Assembly: GCA_012728655.1 (NCBI GenBank)
Contig: JAAYEQ010000009.1
Span: forward strand, 431 to 64,430
Direction of reading: 5' to 3'
Length of the DNA stretch: 64,000 bases
DNA from: Syntrophomonadaceae bacterium
Lineage (GTDB): Bacteria; Bacillota; Syntrophomonadia; Syntrophomonadales; DTU052
Part shown: one piece after another, positions 1-7,813 of the stretch
Layout: each line of letters opens with the position of its first letter
Position numbering within the stretch: position 1 is the first letter of the stretch
Translations under genes and position numbers: made by a program
Notes under the pieces: generated by a model
Seen by the model: the letters and a program-made list of their open reading frames with translations, nothing else
What the model was told of the DNA's origin: nothing
Database searches by the model: none

Positions 1-277
1 GCTGCAGTTCGTGCAGCACGGTTTCCCTTATCTCGGCTTCCCAGGTCTGCAGCGGCTCGTCCCGCAGCAACTCGACAAAAGAACCATAATAAAAAATGAT
101 AATGCTTCCCAGCACATCGCTCTCTATATACTCTCCCAGGATCAAATAGCCGCCTTCACGTTTTTTCCCCTCCTGCAGGTTGAACCCTCCATTTAAACCG
201 CGGAGATATTGAGGTGGTATTCGGCTTATCACTTCATCGAGCACCCGGGCGAAATCTTCAAAAGTAAGTTTGGCCAT
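1..277 (-). CDS. zincin-like metallopeptidase family protein (DUF1025-type), N-terminal part; the 3' end lies outside the window
   Basis: Not in the ORF track because it runs off the window. Manual translation from ATG 277..275 gives MAKLTFEDFARVLDEVISRIPPQYLRGLNGGFNLQEG...IRETVLHELQ, with an HExxH-type motif starting at the edge. SD GAGGAG lies about 9 nt upstream. Confidence 0.5.
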   Translation of the reverse strand, partial: MAKLTFEDFARVLDEVISRIPPQYLRGLNGGFNLQEGKKREGGYLILGEYIESDVLGSIIIFYYGSFVELLRDEPLQTWEAEIRETVLHELQ

Positions 278-491
278 ATATCGTGTCTCCTCTTTATCGT
301 GTCTGTTATTGTTTATGGTTTTCAAAAACCATAAGCGTTCTTCTCTGTTTATCTATTCTATCGCATTTCTTTGGCTGTGACTCCTTAACCGTACATCGGG
401 TTACCGTGCTGTTATCATTTTCCAGAAGGTACGGACTGTTACTTATCGAAGAACATTACGTAGTAGTTTTCTTTACACAAGGGGTTGTATT

Positions 492-1637
492 ATGAAACAT
501 CGAAGAAACGTCATTCTGCTTTTTACTGCCGTATTCTTGATCACGGTCTCGGCCTTGAGCCTGCACCTCGGTCCCAGGCTGGGCAAAGCCCAACACACTA
601 CCGCTTACAGGGTTTTGTTGGATGGGAAGACCTGGTTTTACATACATGACCGGGCACTGGTCGAAGAACTGCTTGAGGAGTACAAGAATGAGTATCTCAG
701 CAAAATCGACGGGGATGCTGCGATTAAATCCGCAAGATTCAAACAAAAGATAGATATTGTCGAGGTCAACAATTATTCCGGGAAATTGTACTCAGAGCGC
801 GAAGCTTGGGAAGAAATCCATTCCTGTGAAGAAGAGGCCACCCGGTTTGAGGTGAGAGAAGGTGACAACCTCTGGACCATCGGGCGCGATTATAATCTCA
901 CCGTGGATGAAATCCTGGCCCTTAATCCCGGTCTTAACGAGGATTCCGTCATCTATCCGGGGGACCGGATCACCGTCAAAGCTGAAAACCCAAGGCTGGA
1001 TGTGGTCGTAGTCTACGAAATCACCGTTGTTGAAGATGTACCATATGACACCGTGATCATTTATGACTCCGCCATGTATGAATCACAACGGCTGGTTGAG
1101 TCCCAGGGCGTTCCCGGCAAGGAGAAAAAAAGATACGAAATAACCCTGGAAAACAATATTGAAATCGACCGCAAGACGCTCGAATCAACGGTTATTTCGG
1201 AACCGGTGCCGGCTAAAGTCAGGGTGGGCACCAAAAAAACCGTGTCCCGGAGCGGCAGTAATTTCGGCATTGTCAGGGGCGGACGGCTGACCAGCAATTT
1301 CGGGACCAGGGTTCATCCGGTAACCGGTAAATCAAAGTTCCATAAAGGCATCGATGTCGCCGCGCCTCACGGGAGTCCGGTTTACGCTTATTCCTCCGGC
1401 ACGGTAATCTACTCAGGCTATATGAGCGGTTACGGCAATCTTATCGCCATCAGTCATGGGAATGGAATGGTCACCAGATATGGTCACCTGTCGGCCAGGT
1501 ATGTAAAGGTAGGGCAAAAGGTATCGACCGGGCAAAAGATCGGTGCAGTGGGCTCAACCGGGGTAAGCACCGGCCCCCATCTTCATTTCGAAGTGCTGAT
1601 TAACGGTTCATTCAAAAACCCTCTAAAATATTTATAA
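492..1637 (+). CDS. LysM domain-containing M23 family metallopeptidase (peptidoglycan endopeptidase)
   Basis: N-terminal TM/signal segment. LysM motif GDNLWTIGRDYNLTVDEILALNPGL. M23 motifs HKGIDVAAPHGSPVYA and GPHLHFEV. Confidence 0.9.
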   Translation: MKHRRNVILLFTAVFLITVSALSLHLGPRLGKAQHTTAYRVLLDGKTWFYIHDRALVEELLEEYKNEYLSKIDGDAAIKSARFKQKIDIVEVNNYSGKLYSEREAWEEIHSCEEEATRFEVREGDNLWTIGRDYNLTVDEILALNPGLNEDSVIYPGDRITVKAENPRLDVVVVYEITVVEDVPYDTVIIYDSAMYESQRLVESQGVPGKEKKRYEITLENNIEIDRKTLESTVISEPVPAKVRVGTKKTVSRSGSNFGIVRGGRLTSNFGTRVHPVTGKSKFHKGIDVAAPHGSPVYAYSSGTVIYSGYMSGYGNLIAISHGNGMVTRYGHLSARYVKVGQKVSTGQKIGAVGSTGVSTGPHLHFEVLINGSFKNPLKYL

Positions 1638-1660
1638 CCGGAAACATGTTCCGGTTTTTT
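1637..1660 (+). terminator. intrinsic terminator after the M23 peptidase gene
   Basis: AACCGGA-acatgt-TCCGGTT hairpin followed by TTTTTT immediately after the stop codon. Confidence 0.7.
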
Positions 1661-1748
1661 CGGATTTCCGGTTAACGCAATGGTCACCGGTGGTATCGGC
1701 AACATGCGGATACCCCCGGGAAACCGACCGGTACCTGTCAGCCGTCAA

Positions 1749-2015
1749 TTATTCAGCCCATATACTTTTCCATGGAGCGGGAGGAGAACAGGGATTGGCA
1801 TCATGCTCGCCTCGGGGTATGCATATCCTGTCCCCCGGTTTTATCCGGTCTGGATTTTTAATCTGCGGATTGACGGCAATCAACTTATCCAATGGGATCT
1901 GTTCTCTCCTTGAGATTTCGTATAAGGTATCTCCAGGCTGGATGGTATAGAGAAAACCATCACACCGCCACGGACTGGTCGGACGCCGGATAAAGATTAA
2001 ATTGTACTTTGCCAA
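1749..2015 (-). CDS. small LysM peptidoglycan-binding domain protein
   Basis: LysM motif YTIQPGDTLYEISRREQIPLDKLIAVNP. TTG start with a strong SD AAGGAGGG 7 nt upstream. Confidence 0.75.
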   Translation of the reverse strand: MAKYNLIFIRRPTSPWRCDGFLYTIQPGDTLYEISRREQIPLDKLIAVNPQIKNPDRIKPGDRICIPRGEHDANPCSPPAPWKSIWAE

Positions 2016-2112
2016 TTAATATCCCTCCTTTGATTACCATATTATGCAGGGCACAAACACCCTGTTCCCATTGGACTCAATGTTAAACATGCATCGGCTT
2101 GGCGGAAACGCC

Positions 2113-2152
2113 GCAAAAGAAAAATCCCTCTGCGGTCAAACCGCAGAGGGAT
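2113..2152 (-). terminator. strong intrinsic terminator (hairpin is bidirectional in shape)
   Basis: 13-bp perfect stem ATCCCTCTGCGGT/ACCGCAGAGGGAT (2124-2136 with 2140-2152) and a 3-nt loop. On the minus strand it is followed by UUUUUCUUUU. Confidence 0.7.
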
Positions 2153-2159
2153 ATGTTTT

Positions 2160-2319
2160 TCTCTAACACAGGTCCCAGGGAGGGAACCTGCAATTAGGAT
2201 TGTAACCGGGCAACTCCTGTACGCCCGACTACCTGATCCTGCAGACCCCTTTACGCCAGTCAGGCAACATCCTGTACGCCCCCCTGGCAGGTTCTGCAAG
2301 ATCGTGCTATTAAGTTATT
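2160..2319 (-). ncRNA. candidate structured RNA (sRNA or cis-regulatory leader), class unassigned
   Basis: No ORF. An 8-bp closing helix GAACCUGC/GCAGGUUC (2294..2287 with 2191..2184) encloses two near-identical hairpins, GGGC-GUACAGGAUGUU-GCCU (2281..2262) and CGGGC-GUACAGGAGUU-GCCCG (2227..2207). The element is bracketed by a promoter-like element and the terminator. Confidence 0.45.
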
Positions 2320-2325
2320 GTAATG

Positions 2326-2354
2326 AGTATAGCAGTCATCATCAACTTTGTAAA
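2326..2354 (-). promoter_or_regulatory. sigma-A-like promoter for the structured RNA
   Basis: -35 TTTACA (2354..2349), 17-nt spacer, -10 TATACT (2331..2326), read on the minus strand. Confidence 0.4.
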
Positions 2355-2405
2355 TCACTAATTTTTGTCGATTACGGCCTGCATCGGCCAATCAAGGAAC
2401 TTCAT

Positions 2406-3230
2406 TCAAAAAAAGCACTCCGGTTCTCGGCGACGGTGAGCCAATCTTTCTTCCAGTTCGTTTTTGTGGCGTATGAACCTCTGGTCGGTGAAATGCTTGG
2501 CCTGGGTGGGACATCTTTTTATGCAGGCACAGCATTTGATGCAGATCCCCGTCAACCGGGAAACATCATCGAAGTCGATTGACCCCATGGGACAGACCTC
2601 GGCACAGGTTTTGCAATCGATGCAGTCGTCACTCGTTTCCGGAGTAATCAGGCGGAAGTCCTTAACCGGTTCGCCGTTTTCATCCCGGGGAGTGTAATAC
2701 TTACGGTAAGGCCGGTTGCCTTTTACCCTCACACTTTCCAATTCACCCTGTCCGGTCAGTTTATGGTACAACATGTCGGCAAATGCATCTGCCAGCTTAA
2801 TGTCATCGGCGTCGGGCCTGCCGGCGCCGAGTATGACGGAAAACGAATGCTCACCCACAAAGGCCGCTGCCGCAATGGCGGTGAAACCATTTGTTTCCAG
2901 AATATCCTTCAACTCGAGCAATGCATCGTCATAATCGCGGTTCCCGTAAAGGACCACCGGCACCGCCAGGGCTCCGCTGCCGGTAATGCTGTTCAGATAC
3001 CTCAGCAGCACATTGGGAACCCTTCCCGCGTAAACGGGGACTCCAATTATCAACAGATCCCTCCCGTTAAATGACGGGGCCTCCCGGCGTCCTGCCGGCA
3101 AAGTAAAATCGTGCTCTTTGATTGTAACCTGCTCTCCGGCATTTTGCGCCAGCCTCTCGCCAATCCTTTTCACGATGGTGCGGGTGGTACCGGTAGGGCT
3201 GAAATACATGGTGCAGATATTGTACTTCAA
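2406..3230 (-). CDS. flavodoxin-like / 4Fe-4S dicluster ferredoxin fusion protein (EFR1-type)
   Basis: N-terminal flavodoxin-like MYFSPTGTTRTIVKRI. C-terminal CIDCKTCAEVCP and CIKCCACIKRCP motifs. Confidence 0.8.
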   Translation of the reverse strand: MKYNICTMYFSPTGTTRTIVKRIGERLAQNAGEQVTIKEHDFTLPAGRREAPSFNGRDLLIIGVPVYAGRVPNVLLRYLNSITGSGALAVPVVLYGNRDYDDALLELKDILETNGFTAIAAAAFVGEHSFSVILGAGRPDADDIKLADAFADMLYHKLTGQGELESVRVKGNRPYRKYYTPRDENGEPVKDFRLITPETSDDCIDCKTCAEVCPMGSIDFDDVSRLTGICIKCCACIKRCPTQAKHFTDQRFIRHKNELEERLAHRRREPECFF

Positions 3231-3338
3231 TAAATGAGCCTCCTGTTTTTCGATTACCTACCTTTTATACTATCACATAGTAGTCGGATGCCTCCGGTTA
3301 CCTGTCCCTGCGGCATTTGGCTAAAGAGCAGTAAGGGC

Positions 3339-4136
3339 TTATTGCTCTCCCCGGGCATAGAGCCGATAAAAATGATGAACCGGCCCTATTCCCCGCCCCA
3401 CGGAGAACCCGTTTTCAATCGCTCCCGTCAGGTATTCCTTGGCTTTGGCAACCGCCTGCTCCAATTCACAGCCCCGGGCGATATAAGCGGCGATGGCTGA
3501 TGACAGCGTACACCCGGTTCCGTGCGTATTGTTGTTTTTCAGGCGGGGATTGGCAAGGCGGATTACCCTGGTCCCGTCAAAGAGCACGTCTACGGCTTCC
3601 CCCTCCAAATGTCCGCCTTTAACCAGGACGCTTTTGGCTCCAAGGGCATGGATCTTTCGGGCGGCTTCTTCCATTCCCTGTTCACCAGGCACTTCATGTC
3701 CGAGCAACTCGGCCGCCTCCGGCAAGTTCGGGGTAACAATGGCAGCAAGAGGCAAGAGTTCGTTTTTTAGGGCTTCAATCGCTTCGGGGTTCAGCAGGCG
3801 ATGTCCGCTTTTGGAAACCATCACCGGATCAACCACAATATTGGTTGCTCCCCATTCCCTTAACGAAGCTGCAATCTGCCTGATTATTTCCGCGTTGGAC
3901 ACCATTCCGATTTTGACGGCATCAACCCGAATATCACTAAAAATGGCATCTATCTGGGCTTTTACCATCTCCGGGTCCAACTCCGCCACTTTGAAAACTC
4001 CCACTGTATTCTGAGCGGTGACCGCGGTAATGACACTCATCCCGTAAACGCCCAGGGCAGCAAAGGTCTTGAGGTCGGCCTGTATTCCGGCTCCGCCGCC
4101 CGAATCGGAACCGGCGATAGTCAGTGCGTGTTTCAC
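3339..4136 (-). CDS. thiD: bifunctional hydroxymethylpyrimidine / phosphomethylpyrimidine kinase
   Basis: ALTIAGSDSGGGAGIQADLKTF..., VVDPVMVSKSG and HGTGCTLSSAIAA are typical ThiD motifs. Located in the thi operon. Confidence 0.92.
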   Translation of the reverse strand: MKHALTIAGSDSGGGAGIQADLKTFAALGVYGMSVITAVTAQNTVGVFKVAELDPEMVKAQIDAIFSDIRVDAVKIGMVSNAEIIRQIAASLREWGATNIVVDPVMVSKSGHRLLNPEAIEALKNELLPLAAIVTPNLPEAAELLGHEVPGEQGMEEAARKIHALGAKSVLVKGGHLEGEAVDVLFDGTRVIRLANPRLKNNNTHGTGCTLSSAIAAYIARGCELEQAVAKAKEYLTGAIENGFSVGRGIGPVHHFYRLYARGEQ

Positions 4137-4140
4137 TCGA

Positions 4141-4791
4141 TCACTCCTTAGTCATAATCCTCATTTGCTCAACAATGTCGTTAAAGTCCGTAAAGCGGTA
4201 AACGGTTCTGCCCTTTTTCAAACAGTGTTCATAAAGCCTGGTTTTGGCAAAGACAATGTCTGCGTTACAGGCCGGACAGAAATCGGAATAGCCGTCTCCG
4301 ATATACACTGTTTTCCCGGCCGCGGGTGCCATCTTCTGCATGAGTTCCAGTTTGCAGACACCGCAGAGATCACAGTGCTCGGATATGTAAGGCGCTTCTA
4401 TATCCAGCTCAGGGCCGAAAAGCATGGTATTGGCATAATAGGGCAGTTCAATCCCTTCCCGCCGCAGGAGATGCTCGATATAAAAGCTGTAACCGTCACT
4501 GAGGATCACCACCGGGAAATCCCGCTCCCGGCAGAAGGCCAAAAAATTCGGGAATCCGGGGTCTATGGATACGTCATTGAGCAGATTGAAAAAATCTGCA
4601 GGGTCGTTGGTGCGAAAAAGTTTGAGGGTTTGCCGGGCACATTCCAGGGTGGAGAGTTCCTTTCTCTCCCACATCTCGTTGATCTCCTGCCAGCCGTCGC
4701 CGGCAAAAGCGGCAACCATTTTCTCGCACACATCAACGGTGGCGATTGTGCCGTCGAAATCAACAAAAAAGATGAATTCTACTTCCTCCAT
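4141..4791 (-). CDS. HAD-IB family phosphatase, MtnX-like, embedded in the thiamine operon
   Basis: HAD motif I DFDGTI, motif IV GDGYSD, and the Cys cluster CDLCGVCK as in MtnX-type enzymes. The start overlaps the thiE stop by 13 nt, and the stop lies 4 nt from the thiD start. Confidence 0.75.
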   Translation of the reverse strand: MEEVEFIFFVDFDGTIATVDVCEKMVAAFAGDGWQEINEMWERKELSTLECARQTLKLFRTNDPADFFNLLNDVSIDPGFPNFLAFCRERDFPVVILSDGYSFYIEHLLRREGIELPYYANTMLFGPELDIEAPYISEHCDLCGVCKLELMQKMAPAAGKTVYIGDGYSDFCPACNADIVFAKTRLYEHCLKKGRTVYRFTDFNDIVEQMRIMTKE

Positions 4792-5402
4792 AATTCCACC
4801 AGCTCCCTGGCCGCAGCAAAGGTATCGTCCCGGCTTAGAATGGCCGATATGACCGAAATCCCATCAACCCCGGTGCTCTTTACCTCATTCAGGTTGGAAG
4901 CGTTGATCCCGCCAATCGCCACCACGGGAATGTTGACACTCTGCTTAATCGTCCGTAATGCCTCCACCCCAATCGGATTTGATGCATCCTTCTTGCTGCC
5001 GGTACTGTAAACCGGTCCCGCCCCCAGATAATCCGCTCCGTTTCTCTCTCCATACCGGGCCTCCTGCGGGTTGGAAACGGAATAACCCAGGATCTTTCTC
5101 GGACCGAGAAGGCGGCGGACGACCTCCAGCGGCAGGTCTCCCGAGCCCACATGTACTCCGTCGGCGTCAATAGCCAGAGCAATATCAACCCGATCGTTGA
5201 CGATCAGCGGTACGTTGAATTCGGCGGCAATCTCTTTCAGCTTAAGCCCGATATCGAAAAACTCTTGGGATGCAGCATCCTTTTCCCGTACCTGCAACAG
5301 GGTTACCCCGCCCTCCAGGGCCCTGCGTACGGATGTATAAAAATCCTTGCTCCCGATTAGATAGCGGTCGGTTATCAGGTAAAGACTGTAATCTACTGAC
5401 AA
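4779..5402 (-). CDS. thiE: thiamine-phosphate synthase
   Basis: [37 protein letters not shown] and AIGGI motifs. Overlaps the thiM stop. Confidence 0.92.
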   Translation of the reverse strand: MSVDYSLYLITDRYLIGSKDFYTSVRRALEGGVTLLQVREKDAASQEFFDIGLKLKEIAAEFNVPLIVNDRVDIALAIDADGVHVGSGDLPLEVVRRLLGPRKILGYSVSNPQEARYGERNGADYLGAGPVYSTGSKKDASNPIGVEALRTIKQSVNIPVVAIGGINASNLNEVKSTGVDGISVISAILSRDDTFAAARELVELWRK

Positions 5403-6199
5403 ATGATATTACCCCGTTTCTTTATCAGGTTTTCATCCACCAGGCTCACCTGGTCAATGAGATGTGTCCGGAATGTTCCGGGATTTTTCCCGCCGAGGCC
5501 TTCAGCCGCCAATTCCCCCGCAAGATTCATGGTAAGGAGCGCGGCGGCACTCGACAGGCAGGGATCGTCGTTGGCGGCGCAGAAAGCCGCTACCAACGCT
5601 CCCACCATACAACCGCTGCCGGTAATCCGGCCAAACATCTCGGTTCCGTTCCGCACCAGGTACGTCCGGCGGCCGTCGCTGATAATGTCCGTTGGTCCCG
5701 TGGCTACGACCGTGCAGCCAAACTCCCGGGCCAGAGCCCGGCAAACCTCCTGGCCGTCCTCCCCCGTATCCAGGGAGTCCACTCCCCTCACCTTGGTGGC
5801 GACTCCGGCCAGAGCTTTAATCTCTCCCATGTTTCCCTTAATGACGGAAAAAGAACCGAAATGGCTCAGTTTCCTGATAAAAGATATCCGGCTGGGGATA
5901 GCCGCGCAGCCCACCGGATCGATAACGATTGGAATCCCTTTTATGGCGGCTCCCCGGACTGCCAGATACATGGCCATTTGCTGTTCCCTATTAAGAGTTC
6001 CTATGTTGAGGTATAAAGCATTTGCGATCTGGCTGAATTCGAAGACTTCATCCACGGCCTCGCACATGGCCGGGGATGCTCCCACAGCCAGCAGGATGTT
6101 GGCGCAGTCATTGACGGTTACATAATTGGTGATCGCATGTACCAGCGGCGTCTTTTCTTTCATCGCTTTCAGGCAATCTGCTATTCTTTCTTTCATCAA
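5393..6199 (-). CDS. thiM: hydroxyethylthiazole kinase
   Basis: [28 protein letters not shown] is a typical ThiM N-terminus. The ORF begins TTG 6199, and ATG 6196 is an equally plausible start (SD GAGGAGAGGA). Confidence 0.9.
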   Translation of the reverse strand: MMKERIADCLKAMKEKTPLVHAITNYVTVNDCANILLAVGASPAMCEAVDEVFEFSQIANALYLNIGTLNREQQMAMYLAVRGAAIKGIPIVIDPVGCAAIPSRISFIRKLSHFGSFSVIKGNMGEIKALAGVATKVRGVDSLDTGEDGQEVCRALAREFGCTVVATGPTDIISDGRRTYLVRNGTEMFGRITGSGCMVGALVAAFCAANDDPCLSSAAALLTMNLAGELAAEGLGGKNPGTFRTHLIDQVSLVDENLIKKRGNIICQ

Positions 6200-6257
6200 A
6201 TCCTCTCCTCTATCCTGGCAAGCCGTATTTTCCCAAATTCCGGCTCTTTTTGATTTC

Positions 6258-6295
6258 CAAAACTTAAGCCCCTTTCCGGCTGTAGAAAGGGGCTA
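6258..6295 (-). terminator. expression-platform terminator of the TPP riboswitch
   Basis: 10-bp stem AGCCCCTTTC/GAAAGGGGCT (6268-6277 with 6286-6295). On the minus strand it is followed by UAAGUUUUGG. It lies between the aptamer and the thiM start. Confidence 0.6.
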
Positions 6296-6317
6296 ATTCT
6301 CTTAAGTTTTTAAGTCC

Positions 6318-6408
6318 AGCCTCCCTTCGTCAGCATTACCTGCATCAGGTGATACGGGTTTAGGTTGTTAACCAACCTCTCTCAGCCGCGTACGCAGCAC
6401 CCCGGGCC
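6318..6408 (-). promoter_or_regulatory. TPP (THI-box) riboswitch
   Basis: The minus-strand RNA reads GGGGUGCUGCGUACGCGGCUGAGAGAGGUUGGUUAACAACCUAAACCCGUAUCACCUGAUGCAGGUAAUGCUGACGAAGGGAG. It carries the THI-box hallmarks GGGGUGC, CUGAGA, ACCC, ACCUGAU and GG-UAAUGC-...-AGGGA, and sits directly upstream of thiM-thiE-HAD-thiD. Confidence 0.88.
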
Positions 6409-6453
6409 CGTTTATTAAGTTTACCAATAGTTAAACCCTGATCCGGGGAAATG

Positions 6454-7332
6454 TCAAGGTATTTTGTTTTGGATTAGCACCATCTCATTCTGCGCCACTC
6501 CAAAAGTATTCATGAAATGACTGCACTTGCACAGAAAAAGATAAAACAGGTTTTTATGGTTGGTGGTGCCGTTCAGCGACTCAAAATTTCCCTGCCCCTT
6601 CGCAATGATCACATCCGCTTCATTAAAAATCTTGACAAAGGAGTCGGGGCACAGGCTGAGAATCGTACCCGGGATGTCGCAGCCGTTGTTGATTACGGCA
6701 GCATAAGCATCCATCTTTACCGCATATGCATCTTCTTCCGTAACATCGTTAACAATCGGCTTGCCCCTGGTGGCGTAGTATACCTGCAGGTCGGGATAAA
6801 ACTGCTTTATGGTCCGTATGAACACCTTGTCCAGGACAATCTCGCCGGCGTTATCCCCCAGATAGAGAAGCGTACGGGCATTTTCCAGGGCGGCCTTAAG
6901 CGAATTAAAGACATCATCCGGCAGTTCCCTTTTCATGGTATCGCGTATCGTCGACAGCACATGCTCTCGTGACAGACTGTGGCCGGGAGCAAAATCGATA
7001 ACATTGCCGGCGGAGGCCATTTTCAATGCGGCTTTTAACGGATCATCCGCCGCTTCCAACATTTGGACAAAATCGTCCTCCAGTTTCAGCATCTCCCGGT
7101 TATAGTACTGTTTCTCCTCGGCAAAGGGGTCCGCAACCCCCAGGGTTTCCTTTAAGATCCTCTGAATCCTGTGAGCTATAAAGGGTGCGCTGGCATCATC
7201 ATCGGCGGCGGCCATCTCGGCGATAATCCTTTTTACCATTTTCCGCTGTTCTTCTTCATCTTTCAGGTGCTGCAGGGCGGTTCTAATCCCCTGCTGAAGC
7301 AGGCAGGGAAAGCAATCCATGCTGCATCTCAT
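6454..7332 (-). CDS. DUF89 / ARMT1-like damage-control phosphatase family protein
   Basis: N-terminal MDCFPCLLQQ (CxxC), LYLGDNAGEIVLD and a C-terminal KGQGNFESL motif are characteristic of DUF89. Confidence 0.8.
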   Translation of the reverse strand: MRCSMDCFPCLLQQGIRTALQHLKDEEEQRKMVKRIIAEMAAADDDASAPFIAHRIQRILKETLGVADPFAEEKQYYNREMLKLEDDFVQMLEAADDPLKAALKMASAGNVIDFAPGHSLSREHVLSTIRDTMKRELPDDVFNSLKAALENARTLLYLGDNAGEIVLDKVFIRTIKQFYPDLQVYYATRGKPIVNDVTEEDAYAVKMDAYAAVINNGCDIPGTILSLCPDSFVKIFNEADVIIAKGQGNFESLNGTTNHKNLFYLFLCKCSHFMNTFGVAQNEMVLIQNKIP

Positions 7333-7644
7333 GTTTGTTAACCCCTTTTTTTATGCTTTTCTTAATGTAACCCAGCCGGAGGGATTGATTCAAGGAACCG
7401 CTGTTTTTCTTTCGTTCTATTATCAGCCTGTGTGTCTTCCCGGCAGCGGCATCTTGGGCCGTTCCATTGGCTGGGAAGACCATTGCAGGTACCGGAGGCA
7501 GCTCTTTCGCTCATCGCCAATTGGAATTGGAGGCACAGATTCATAAACATTATTCGGGCTTTCAAATAGCAGGTGTTATGGAAAAGCAGGTCCATACTCT
7601 TGGTTGATAATCCCAAAAGATTCTTTGGTTACTAATACTGTTCC

Positions 7645-7698
7645 ATGAAAAAGAACGGTTCTTTTGCGTACCTTACCGGCTGAATGCAAGAACCGTTC
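7645..7698 (-). terminator. probable intrinsic terminator downstream of the MCP gene
   Basis: 10-bp stem GAACGGTTCT/AGAACCGTTC (7653-7662 with 7689-7698), extendable by 3 bp. On the minus strand it is followed by UUUUU. The large loop lowers confidence. Confidence 0.45.
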
Positions 7699-7813
7699 GT
7701 TTCTTACGCTGCATGTGCATCCGTGGCAGATTGAACTTCATTTCCTATCGGTGACATCTTCTCACAGTCTGTACTCCGGGAACACCACAAATGCTTATTG
7801 CCGATTATCGGCT

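Noticed and set aside
2160-2319. Assignment of the structured RNA to c-di-GMP-I (GEMM) or c-di-AMP (ydaO) riboswitch classes
   Set aside because: Some short resemblances exist (GCGUAAAGG, GGUAGUCGGGCGUAC versus GEMM ACGCAAAGC, GGUAGCGGGGUUAC), and pseudo-symmetry is reminiscent of ydaO. However, the characteristic helices, tetraloop/receptor and conserved cores (GGGGACCCA, CCGAAUCC and others) are not present. The element is left unassigned.
4069-5010. 313-aa plus-strand ORF spanning thiD, the HAD gene and thiE
   Set aside because: It is antisense to three genes with unmistakable family motifs. Its composition is low-complexity and Arg/Pro/Gly-rich, it has no SD and it matches no recognisable domain. 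This is the typical shadow ORF of GC-rich coding DNA.
7340-7560. Cobalamin riboswitch upstream of the DUF89 gene
   Set aside because: GCCGCUGCCGGGAAGAC loosely resembles the CCACUG...GGGAAGGC element. There is no B12 box (AGYCMGGAGACCKGCC) and no GGGAA...GGUG.AA.UCC core.
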